A stretch of DNA of 64,000 bases from Basidiobolus meristosporus CBS 931.73. Taxonomy: Eukaryota; Fungi; Basidiobolomycota. The notes under the pieces were generated by a model that was given only the letters and a program-made list of their open reading frames with translations, searched no databases and was not told the origin of the DNA. Below, one piece after another: positions 49,297-60,016 of the stretch. Each line of letters begins with the position of its first letter. Positions within the stretch are counted from its first letter, which is position 1. A program made the position numbers and the translations under genes. The DNA lies in NCBI GenBank assembly GCA_002104905.1, contig MCFE01000495.1, forward strand, positions 2,643 to 66,642, in the 5' to 3' direction.

Positions 49297-49525
49297 CGAA
49301 CTCATTCAAACCACATGTAAAGCGAGCAAAATTTAAGGGTGCCAAACATGGCTCAAATTACGGTGATCTTGTAGGAGTGCAGCATGATCCGCTGTATGCA
49401 CCATGTTGATCGAAAAATGCTGTCCCATGCAGTATTGTTAGTCCTATACAGTGACACCATAGTAGGTGCAGATCTCCCTGAGTCTGCGATGTGAATCAAA
49501 TCCAGTGGAGATCTGACTCCAGCAT

Positions 49526-49605
49526 TGCCATCCAAACAAACCAGGATGTGCGACGATGCATATGCCATCCAAACAAACCAGGATGTGCGACGATGCATAT
49601 GCCAT
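49526..49605. repeat. Exact 37-bp tandem duplication
   Basis: TGCCATCCAAACAAACCAGGATGTGCGACGATGCATA occurs twice, followed by TGCCAT. Confidence 0.85.
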
Positions 49606-49686
49606 TCAAATGAAGGCAGGCTCTTGACCAGATGAATACACGTGACAAAGATTTATTTACGAGATGTGATGAAGAATGGTACAGTG

Positions 49687-50145
49687 CTAGTTAGTACATT
49701 GAGTGAAGTTCCCTTTGGGGTCTGGTGTGAGTTTGAAGACGGGGGTTTGGGAGTAACAGTCCATATCTTGGCCGGGAGTGCTGGAGTAAACCCTGATATA
49801 GTACTCGCCATCACGTTGCAGGCAGAGTGGCACGCTGAGTGTGAAGGGGAGCTGGCCGTTGGAGACGCTTACCCCTGGATAGCTGCGGTACTGTGTATGC
49901 AGGAATTGGTGATCCTTCGCGCTAAACAGGTCCACCTCTCGAATGGTGGTCACTTGGGAGTCGGCAGAGGTCCATTTCACAATGACTTTATCGTTGGAAG
50001 AGAACGTCGATGGCTTCGGACCAGCAGCGTGCTCAAGAGAGCTGACCGCCCAACCGTTGCATTGGCTAGGCGACCCAACAGGAGCAGCAGTCGCGCCAGC
50101 GGCAAGAGCAATGGCAATGGGAATGGATGCTGTAGAGAATTTCAT
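49687..50145 (-). CDS. Small secreted protein (152 aa, 4 Cys), possibly Kre9/Knh1-N-like beta-sandwich
   Basis: Signal peptide MKFSTASIPIAIALAAGATA. The V.VKW...VDLF...G.L.FTL.VP....G.YYIRV...YS..F.L pattern resembles the Kre9-like/Ser-Thr-rich GPI family domain. TATATA upstream. Fold assignment is tentative. Confidence 0.7.
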   Translation of the reverse strand: MKFSTASIPIAIALAAGATAAPVGSPSQCNGWAVSSLEHAAGPKPSTFSSNDKVIVKWTSADSQVTTIREVDLFSAKDHQFLHTQYRSYPGVSVSNGQLPFTLSVPLCLQRDGEYYIRVYSSTPGQDMDCYSQTPVFKLTPDPKGNFTQCTN

Positions 50146-50859
50146 ATGGATATTTTTACTGCTCCATCCAACCCACCGGGCCGATATATATAGTGACAAC
50201 CATGGTGTCTAGGGTTACCAATTTTGCCTTCGGTGACTAAGCCTTTGCTGCAGAAACCCAAATCAGGCATAAGTTACGCAAGTATTAGCAGGGTTAGGGC
50301 CACTATGTAATGGGTGCCTTATTTGGACTGTTGACTGTTTGTTACCAGCGTAACCTGGCCACCCAGCACCAGCAACCTCCCAGGTGCTGATTGGCTATTG
50401 CTTGGGAACAACCGAGTGCTCTTGGCACTAGTCCTTGGATGGCTATGTATCAGTGCAATTAAACGTCGTAAGGTTTGGTGCAAGTGGCTGTTAAGCCAAT
50501 TTCAGCTAGGCTTCGGGTTATTCTTAGCTGCCAATCACGGATGGCAAGTAGGGGACAGGAAAGATGAAAGTAGTGTACATGGTTCAGAAGGAAGTATGGG
50601 GCATAAGCAATGACTGGTGTTATTTCATCTAGGTGGGTGCTCCGGCTAAGCCATGATTCACCTGACTATCTAGGCATCTTCACGACGTTTTTCGTTCTTG
50701 AAAATAGCTGCATTATTATTATATATTATTGACCGAGGCAGGCTTAGCATTATACTGATAAAGCATCACCCACTTCCACAGATAAGGATTTCTCAGTGTA
50801 CTGTTATCATCACGTAGACTTCGGCGTGTCTATGACTGCATCAAGGATTCCTTTTGCGA

Positions 50860-51389
50860 TTATTGGACACATCCAAGATGGCTCTCAGGAAACTCCAGGA
50901 TCTCCTTATCTAGGCTTTTCGAGAGGGCCTCGCTCACTGCATAAATCATCTTCACTGGGAAGTCGTGGCCGCACGCTAGAACAAACTTCTCGGAGCGTTT
51001 GGACAGCATAACAAGGTCGAGATTCACGCTGGAGTACTGGTGCGTCTCACGCTTGATCCTGTATTTGGAATTGGTCACAGCAGTGGGATCAGTGGTTGTC
51101 ATCGATGCTGGATAAGCAAATGAGCGTCCTTGGCGTCGGTTATCAAGCGACTAGTATCATGTGAGTCTACCGTTTCGTTTTCTTCCGTGGTCTTGAGCAA
51201 ACTACAGGAGCACCCACGTTGGTCGTAGGTCACTACAGTATAGTGATGCTCGGCTAGACCTTGGAATATTCCCGCTTCACCGTTAGCGCCTAGAATAAGG
51301 ACAAGAAGGGCCTCTCTCCAACTGTATTGTAATGGAGGTCCGCACCAGGGACTTGTATTGGGGATGATGTCATAGGGGAGAGAGTACAT
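50860..51389 (-). pseudogene. Alpha/beta hydrolase pseudogene
   Basis: N-part LVLILGANGEAGIF..LAEHHYTVVTYDQRG and RLITDAKDAHLLI. C-part in another frame: QYSSVNLDL..KFVLACG..EILEFPESHLG. The central nucleophile (GxSxG) region is missing, and there is a stop and frameshift. Confidence 0.7.
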
Positions 51390-51519
51390 TAGTACACAAA
51401 ATTGCGACTGAGATTGCCGTTTCTAAGAGCTTTATACTAGGTTACGGCCAGTGATAACTCCCTAAATCAATACATCACAATTTGCCTCCGAACAGCTGAC
51501 ATCATGACTGGAAAGTAGT

Positions 51520-51660
51520 GGATTTTCACCCAGGTCTCGCCTCCGTTGGCATCCACGACACATCTAAACAGTCCATCTCCGTTATAACCAACAGCATACA
51601 CACAAGGATTCCCAGCTATGCAACCACCAACAATCGCGCCATGTGCGAGAGTGCCCAACG
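51520..51660 (-). pseudogene. Possible BNR/Asp-box (GH74-like) fragment
   Basis: NPCVYAVGYNGDGLFRCVVDANGGETWVKI loosely resembles the GH74 C-terminal PAIY..G....G.FRS.D.G.TW.RI repeat. Short and isolated. Confidence 0.25.
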
Positions 51661-52191
51661 TTCTTTGAAAGCTCAAGTGTCTAGTAGTTTCGATTTAACG
51701 TCCACTCCACCCCCACCAATATTCTCTTACAGTGCTTGTGCTTTCAAATTGATTCAGCAGTGATGTTACTTGGAGATCTCAAGTCCAAAATATCCAAGGT
51801 GCGAGTTCTCCTATACAGTAACATTGTAGCATCCCTAAGAGCTTCGAGCCAGTTGAAATCTCGCATCACACTACTTGGTCACGTATCTTATAAATCTACA
51901 GTCAAATTTCTGGCTTTATATATTATTCTGACCATGAGATATTAATATGAATACATGCTCTGCTCTCAACAATGATGAATTTGAAGCCAGCAGTCTAGCA
52001 TGAAATATATCTAGTTGATAGTGAGCCAATAAGGAAAGTTTATTCTTAACCAACATCAGCGTGCTGCTTAGTGTATGTATTCTACTAGATGGCATCTGTT
52101 TGATTTGGATCATCACTTGCTTTTAAGGTTCGCATCTTTCATTCGTTTGCTAGACTTATCGCTCAAGGGCCACATCTGTTACTAACATACC

Positions 52192-53644
52192 TCATTGCAA
52201 GGGAAGTTGTCTTGGTGAACCGATGACAAATCCATTTGGCTCGTGGCAAATGGTTGCAGGATTTGCTAATTTTGCTTCAGGGTCTTCGCAACTTGTGGAG
52301 CGGACGCCAATCACTTCTTGGTCACTGTAGACATTCCGCATCCAGTGAAATTGATTAAAGCCTGGGTGGACCATGTTCACAACATCCTCCAGGGCAGCAT
52401 CCGGCATGGCCGTAGCATAGGTACCCCATCCGGAGGACCGGTCTTCACGGAAGATTGCCTTGTTCTTGATAAAATTGAGCTGTGTGTCGGACTCATTCAA
52501 ACGGTAGAAATTTAGAACGTTCTCAGCAGTTAGACTACGGCCGAAGGTAAGACGACCGAACCTGCCGAGGTCATGGCTAGTTTCATCGATTAGAATGTCC
52601 ACATCTTTAAGGACCTCACGAGCATCAGCTATCTTATATGCAAATAAACTAGCTGTCCGTTCAGGATGGTAGACGTCCGTAGGCTCCATATCAGTAAAAC
52701 TGAGGCTACCCTCAGCCATTCTCTGCAGATCCACTGCCGCATAACCATACGTAGTCCTGCTGTTGTTTTTCTGAGTAGCATGAATGGAGTCTATATCGAT
52801 CATGGTAGCACCAGCATCAGTTGTCAGGTTTACTTTGTATGGGGTCATAGAGATTTCGATATAGGTTTCACCGTTTCTTTCGAAAACCCCCGTCCAAGCA
52901 ATCACTGGTTTAGGATACTTAGCGTTCGTTGCAGCCCTCTCCTTGATACAATGGTAGTTGTGCATCATATCTCTGGCGATCACAGCAGCCTTCTCCTCCA
53001 AGTTGAAGAAGGTTGCGTAAAATCTCAACCATTCGGCCGATTCCTGAACATCCGAGTCTTCCGAACGCTGAGTCTGGATGGTCTTTTCTTCAAAACTGGA
53101 TTCGTCGAAGGTTGGATAATCGCCCACTGTGTTCATCGAGTAGAGAAAGTCTTGAGGAAATGAAGAGATCTTTCTATCGCGATAGAGCCTTTGTATGCAG
53201 GAAGATGGAGCGGAATGCGCCCACCCAACATACGCAATCCGATCACGTAGTCCAAACATCTAAACGAAGTAACTCAGCTGAAATCCAGCGGTGGTAGAGG
53301 ACGTATCAGCACTCACCTCAATAAATGGGAGTGCGCTTAAGCTCTTCACGCCTATTCCGTTGAGCGGGACTTCGAAGAAAAGATCGCGTGGGCTTGCCGG
53401 CTGTGGCTTCGGAGTGTCACGTTGGTACAGGACAAAAGTTTGGTTGGTGATTCTGTTATGTACATATTTATGGTCCGAATGATATTCGACTGTGAACACT
53501 GTATCAAGGGAAATGTCAAAGGACAGGTCAGAAAGTGTTTCGGCGGGACTCTTTACCTTGTGTGCTGTTACGATCGACTTGCTTGGCAAGAGAGCCCAGG
53601 AACCCGCAGGCCAGCAGTAAAGTGACAACGCTGAGCAGGGACAT
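52192..53644 (-). CDS. Secreted periplasmic-binding-protein-like (TroA-like / Fe-B12 PBP fold) protein; exons 53557-53644, 53317-53498, 52192-53259
   Basis: Signal peptide MSLLSVVTLLLACGFLGSLA. Two canonical introns (58 and 57 nt) join the ORFs in frame. Motifs TFVLYQRDTPKP, FFEVPL, AEWLRFYATFFNLEEKA, Y.CI and PDAALEDVVNMVHP..HWMRNV match the eukaryotic PBP-domain family. Confidence 0.78.
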
Positions 53645-54439
53645 GGCTATTGAGAGAGATAGCAGCATAATTTCTTTCGGGAAGCTTAAATATATTCTAT
53701 TGGCCGCATAATCTATCTAGCGTTAGCAAATAGTACCTATTCGAGAATGATATGCCAAAATATTGGGTTGGGGTAACGTGCTTATGGTAAGGCACGCATG
53801 GTAGTTTGATGCTATTTTGAGTGGCTGCACATGTGAATATCCATCAATACAAAGGGGTAACTCGTATGAATGAAAGCACTGTAGGATGAGAGTGCCCAGG
53901 AACTATTAGCATCATCGATATGGGCTTCGTTATTCGTAGATAAGCAGATGCTGTAGCAAGGTTTTGGGAAGTACTAGCAGATTTGCATGATATTTGCCAG
54001 TCAATATATTGAGCTCGTGGTGGCTTAACATTGACAAGTACATCGTTCGTATCTTTGGGGCAATAAAAAGAAGCAAGGACTTGGTGAATTTCTATATCCG
54101 AGTTAGCACTGACACATTCCAAACTCTAATGTGTCGCCGGTACTAATCCCACCAATCGCTTTGGAGCACAATTGGAGTGGGATTTCCATCGAATGCATCC
54201 ATGGCACAATAATTTTACAATGGTTTAACGCTCTTTCCTATATTCATTGTACTCACCATAATGCCATACTCGAGACGATCACACCAACCAGCGTTAATTG
54301 GAACATGGCTTTTAAAGGATAATCTAATGGACTGAACCATAGTTTATAGGACCAAGCGAACGAATCGATCAGATAAATTGGGGGAAAGCGTCGTTGATCG
54401 CTATATAAATGTCTTGGAGTGCTACGGGTGCATGCAAAG

Positions 54440-55642
54440 ATGTGGCTTTTTTTCTCCCTCATCTTGCTTGCGTTTTCCGTAGGCATCAATGCCGATGCCA
54501 TAGACATGTGGGTGAACCCCAGTCAGAACAAGAAGATCACCGGCTTTTATTCAAGCCTAGAGATCCCCACTGGGTTTGACCCACCCACGACCTATTGGTG
54601 TGTAGCTGGCTGGCATCTCGGATACTATGGCGTCCAAAAGGGTTCCGATGGATCACACATACTAATCATGTCTGAATGGAACGATGGGAGCAAATCTCCA
54701 GCAATTGAGCGTTCTATTCCTCACGGCGAGATCTCCCAATGCGAGGAGAATTGCCCCGAAGGTGCCATGGCACATGTGCTTATCCCAGGGCATGCTTGGA
54801 GGACTGGAGTGAAATACGACTTCAAGCTCGAAGTGGATTTCAACGGAACAAACGAGATATTTCACAGCTATTTGTTCACCAACAATCATTGGAAATTGAT
54901 AGCTCAAATAGTCGCCCCCAACTATGGACAAGTTGGTTTGGAGAGCGTGTTCCAATTTCTGGAGAACTGGGAGACCAATGATAATCTGGAGAGAAGAGGA
55001 ATCTACACCAACCAGCACTTCAGATACGAGGGGGATGAAAGATGGTATCCCGCTGCAAGCATTTCTCCGTTTAACAACGCCAACGTTGTCCATCCGCACT
55101 ACTATGCTGATGCTGTACCGTTGGATGAAGGAAATGGGATCATGCTCAAATTGGATGGGACGGGGCCGCCAGACAAGAACGGTTGGATGTATTATCCGCA
55201 GATGCATATCAATGCAAGTAACATGGTACCACCTCAAGAAAACCCACCTCCAATGCATGGCAAGCATACTGTCACGGTGGTGGAAACGTATGTTGGCTAC
55301 AAGCGGTTCACCGACTCCCCCGTCACTACGACCACAACCAAAAAACAATGGCACACCAATACATTCGAGCCTACTGTTACCAGATTGGAGACGTTGCTTG
55401 ACACCACCGTACAGACTCAGATAGTACGCGGAACAAAAACCGAGACCGTGACGTTCGCGCCATCTGCGGGTATGGAAACCGAGTTTCAGACCATGAATGA
55501 GGTAGAAACTGTCACAGATCTGCTGCACCAACGCACCACCACTGTTACGCATTCAACAGTTGAGGCCCAGGGCTTTACCGTCTTCGAGACGGTGCAGCCT
55601 ACGATAACCGCGCCTGCTGTCACAGCCACAATTCTAGTCTAA
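54440..55642 (+). CDS. Secreted DUF3472-like protein with a Thr-rich C-terminal stalk
   Basis: Signal peptide MWLFFSLILLAFSVGINA. Motifs TYWCVAGW..GYYGVQ, MSEWN, W.TG..Y.F, WKLIAQI and FQFLENW fit the DUF3472 pattern. Intronless. Confidence 0.72.
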   Translation: MWLFFSLILLAFSVGINADAIDMWVNPSQNKKITGFYSSLEIPTGFDPPTTYWCVAGWHLGYYGVQKGSDGSHILIMSEWNDGSKSPAIERSIPHGEISQCEENCPEGAMAHVLIPGHAWRTGVKYDFKLEVDFNGTNEIFHSYLFTNNHWKLIAQIVAPNYGQVGLESVFQFLENWETNDNLERRGIYTNQHFRYEGDERWYPAASISPFNNANVVHPHYYADAVPLDEGNGIMLKLDGTGPPDKNGWMYYPQMHINASNMVPPQENPPPMHGKHTVTVVETYVGYKRFTDSPVTTTTTKKQWHTNTFEPTVTRLETLLDTTVQTQIVRGTKTETVTFAPSAGMETEFQTMNEVETVTDLLHQRTTTVTHSTVEAQGFTVFETVQPTITAPAVTATILV

Positions 55643-55829
55643 TCTGCTGATTCCAATAAAGATACATATGATGGATCAATCCTCTCTGGGGCTTCAATAC
55701 GTGGTAAAGCATCTAGCTTCATAGCAAGCGTGTTTACATTCCAGAGCATATCAGTAGCCCAACGAAAAGTATAATGGAAAATGGTCGGATAAGCCTTACT
55801 CGGAATGCGGTAATGGTTGGCTATTTGGG

Positions 55830-55960
55830 GATGGGATATGGGTGTATAGATATGGGAATCATAGATACGGGAATTGCACATGTACGGATATGGGAATCAT
55901 GCACCTGTATATATGGGGATCTTGCACCTGTATACATGGCTATATAGATCCACCCTGTCT
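55830..55960. repeat. Degenerate minisatellite (ATATGGGAATC..GCACCTGT-like units)
   Basis: Recurrent GATATGGG(A/G)AT and TGCAC(A/C)TGTA words. Confidence 0.5.
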
Positions 55961-56538
55961 GTGGGTCAACATTCTATATTTGGCAATAAGAAGATTCACA
56001 CTACCGATCATTGTTCTGGAATTCCCTTCCCCTCAAGATCATATCATACTGTGTAGGAGCACCGATTCTAGTTGGAATATGATTCAAATGAGGAGATACG
56101 GAAGAAAAGAGGCTTCTCAGCGGCCATACTTATCGATGGCATGACAACCCCTACCCTCTCCTGGTGAGTATTCAGTGCATTCTAAGTGATGTTGCGCTAT
56201 TGCAAGTGATTAACCAGATGAGGTGATTTTTGCTTGAAAAGTTGTGGTTGTACTGTCTAAGGGTCCTGGTAAACAAGCTAAAGTAGTGTTCGTGGTGTTC
56301 ATTAGTGTCCTTCAAATATGTGCCCGGAAACTTTGAGATATTCTGCCAGGTGGCAATGGATAAGCATGCCTTCGAACGCTAAGCAATGAATGTTTAATAC
56401 ATACAAGTGAAGATCCATCAGCATTGTTGGATAACAGGACTGTTTGTGTAAAATCTAGGTAGCACCAGAATCATTCACATAGTATGCAGCGATACGGCAG
56501 AGTAAACACAGTCAGGGCTACTGCACAGCATGCTACTA

Positions 56539-58270
56539 TCATAGATCCTCTAAGAATCCTGGTAGCACCAACCGAGAGTTCGATCCCTTCTGGCGTTCAT
56601 AAATGGTGACAACATCTCTCGGATTGCCCAGGAAGAAATGGGCTAGGGAATATAAACGCATGGAGTTCCTCCCAATCCCCAGGAAATCCGCACGACTTTT
56701 CCAGTTTTGTCGAATCCGATTAAGATGGCCATAACCATACCTACTGAAGGACTCTGCTAGAGGCGCCATATCAGATTTATTGTCAGCAGCGAATGGGTAA
56801 TCCCCATGCTGAGCAAAAAACATCAGGCAAGTCTGGTTGAAGTCATTCGCTAATACGCTCTCGATACACTCTTCGTTCTCTGCACATTGTGGATCTTCAT
56901 GAAGCGCCCCGCGGTGCTCAACATCCATAGTATAGGAAATAAGGTCCTGGATGGATCCATCTACTGAGCTAGCTACCACGCAGATATGTGGTTCGTCCAC
57001 GGAGTGCACTGCCATGTCCCTTTGCGACTTACCACCTTGCTCGGTGAACAATGAATGATCCAGCAAGTGGGCCCTAAACTGGCTTCCAATTCCAAACAGC
57101 CGAGTATACAGAGAGCAGGCGTCGTCCCGAGGTTGCGATAAGGGCTCGGCCTGCGCGGATTCAACAGCAAAGAAGTTGACGTGGTAGCCTTCGTCGAGTG
57201 GGTTATTGAGGATGAGCAAAACACAGTGCATGCAACTTACTACCATTTCTACAGAAACGCTGCACCACCAAGAAGACAGGGGCCTTCATTGCTATCCAAC
57301 CTTCCCGGATCAATGGAAATGTTAGGAAGGTTGGGGCAGCAGTGATTCCGCGGGGTGATTGAATAATGGTCTCCTTGAGTATTCTAGCAAGAATAAAAGT
57401 TGACGCGATTACCACACCGGATATAACCGGGACCTACCCTTCTACCGCGTCGGGCATCCGGAGCTTTGAGCACAGGTGGAAAAGAAAGCTGCAGGTTAGC
57501 TTCGACATCCAGACTTGCATACTGGAGGACTCCTTGCTCACATGGCTGGGCCCGTCGTCTGGGACCCGATATGGGGAGCTGCAAGACACATCGCCATCTC
57601 GGCTCTGGTAGTAGTCAAATGCTGACTGGTGAGACACGCGATAGACGAACTTACTGCTTTTGGGATCGTAGATACGTGTCTTGAATCGGGACAGCAAATA
57701 GGCGTAGACGAGAAATTGGGTCACCTGGAGTGGATTCCCAACGTCCCATATGGGCAGTTGCTGGTCCTTGAGGAGAGCTTCCCCTTCAGCAAACGGGTCG
57801 TCAACCAATTGAGCTGGGCCGTGGCTGGTTTGTATGTCGTGAGTGAACCATATGTCAAGGCCGGTTTTGGCATAGAAGGAATTGTACGTCTCATGACGCG
57901 GACTGAGTCCATTGGTCTTTGCGGGGCTAACGTTGCTGTTGGTTAGGCATTGATGAATGTGAAGAGCACGGTCTATCACGCTGCCTAAGACCCCTTTCAC
58001 TACTCCAAACTCGAAGGTAAGCTGGCTCTTGTACGCTTGAAGAATTTCCAGGAACATCAGTGGCCGTATCTAACAGGCACTGTCCCCACAATGGGCATCA
58101 AATTGATGGTGTCCATTGGGTGTGCCTGAGGTGACCAAGCTCTCAAATAAGCACATTGCCTGGAGAGTATCTCTTGCCCCTCGGACCAAGAAACTCAAAT
58201 GGCGTGGATAGTACCTACGAAGCAACAAACGCTCCCGCTTTTGGTGGCTGCTAAACAATAGGGTAGCCAT
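56539..58270 (-). CDS. Probable multi-exon hypothetical protein (ORF blocks 57434-58057 and 56539-57246; exon structure unresolved)
   Basis: Two long same-strand ORFs of protein-like composition in CpG-intact DNA, with an ATG at 58270. No family recognised. Confidence 0.45.
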
Positions 58271-59419
58271 CACTGTTTCAAGCCCTGTGAATTCGCTTTT
58301 ATATGCTCACCTTACGGAGCTCGTCACTACATATCAGCGTGTAGTAGTGTATGAATCATCACTGCATATCAACATGCAACAGTGGATGAATCCAGTTGTT
58401 TACATGGAATAGCTGTGGTGATGATCTATATTACCGCATCTTTATCTGTGTGCGTTGTCAATCTTCTTACATTCTCCACCAATGCGTGTGATATATATAT
58501 ATATATTACCCCCCCAGTGTCTCACATTCACCACATAAATATTATTTCCTTCACACGGTGGAGATGAATGAAGCATAGTTAAGTAATGGGCCTTGGAGTC
58601 TTGAGTGTGTTGTGTGAGTTGCTCTATCTGGCAGTATCAAGGTTATTCTCTAACAAGACTGGGGGCTGGTGTGGTGGTTGGATGGCCTCCACCTGATATG
58701 GGGTTCTGATGCTGGTAGTGTCTGCAATAGAGCCTATTTGTAAACTCCGGTAATCTGATGAAGTAGGGAAGAAACCCACAGGCACCCAGAAGGTATTCCC
58801 CATGAAAAATAATGTGACTGTCCTGTCAAATGGCTGACACAATACTGAGATCTCTTGACTCAGTGGTATCAGTGTCATCAGGACATTGTATAAAAGCCAT
58901 TGGAAAGCAATTGTACCCTTGAAACACAATAAGTTTCATCAAGCTTTTTCACTCTAAAGATCATTCAGTTACTTTTGATTGGCTCTATGCCTTAAGGGGG
59001 GGAGGAAAGCTACTAGTATGATAAATCAATTATTCTAGCAGTATATATAATATTACTAAGACTAAACTAAACAAAAGCCACTTATATATTGCTGTGATGA
59101 AGTATATTGATCAATTTTTTTGTGAAATATGGGGTGCAATTATTTTTTTATGGTCTTTGCACAGTGTCTTGATGGGATCAATACCTCTTAATCAAGGGAT
59201 TTTAATTTAAAATGGTCTTTTGATGGGATCATCATAATTTCTTCTCATGAAGTATTATCAAAAAGTCAGCTTTGAATATTGAATCTTCAAAGTAAACAGC
59301 CTAACTGAAACTTTGCTACTTGGGTGATAGTACCCTGTGTGATATTAAGCTCTTCTTGATAGAAGAGAAAAATTGCAAGGTTTTGAGGGAATGAAAAATT
59401 GTTAGTGATGCTTTTCTGT

Positions 59420-59860
59420 GAATCAATGTAATGTTACAGGATTTCTGGAGGCTTTGCAAGTAATTAGGAGAACAAGTGGATCTTATGATCTCACTTGTGG
59501 ACAGATTGAATGTGAAAGTAATAATGAAACTTTTTTATGCATTGGGAATAAATATGTAAAAAATAGTCAGAAAGATCCTACTAGCATGGGTGCAATGTTT
59601 GGGGCTGTTTGGGCATCTTTGAGATTTCCTGAGAATAAAATGCTGTGGTAATAGTTGAAGCAGCTCTCAACCAGTGACATATTTGATTTCTCCAGGATCT
59701 GTAAACTGTGTTCTTAGTGACCACATTAAGCAGGTACTTGGATGCTATTAAAATATTTACAACACTCCCATATGACAATACTCACTGAATTGGGTCAGCT
59801 TTTATCTAAGGTGCTTAAGTCTTTGTCTAGCTAATGGTTTGGTGAATACATCTGCAAATA
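59420..59860 (-). mobile_element. Old copia 3' LTR and RNase H end relic
   Basis: TTTGGGGCTGTTTGGGCATC LTR core, ...TTTACAACA terminus at ~59763, and an ADVFTKPLARQ-like RNase H tail. Confidence 0.6.
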
Positions 59861-59955
59861 CCAAATGAGAATAATAATGCTGATCTGATCAAAAGGCTGT
59901 CCCAAAGCTTAAATCCTGAGACCAAGAGGTATAGATGCAGTCAGCACACTGTGAA

Positions 59956-60016
59956 TGTTGTAAGAGTCTTGGAGATATTGGAAGTGATTGGGAGAACAAG
60001 TAGACTATGTGGTTTT
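59956..60016 (-). repeat. U5 end of a copia LTR interrupted by the young element
   Basis: TGTTGTAAGAGTCTTGGAG...GTGGTTTT is the reverse complement of the LTR 3' end. Confidence 0.85.

Noticed and set aside
53257-53262. Stop-codon readthrough or translational coupling (TAG immediately followed by in-frame ATG)
   Set aside because: The TAG is the acceptor of a 57-nt GTGAGT...TAG intron (53260-53316).
54662-55552. 296-aa antisense ORF over the DUF3472-like gene, and similar antisense ORFs over AUR1 and the PBP gene
   Set aside because: No motifs; typical antisense shadows of GC-balanced coding sequence.
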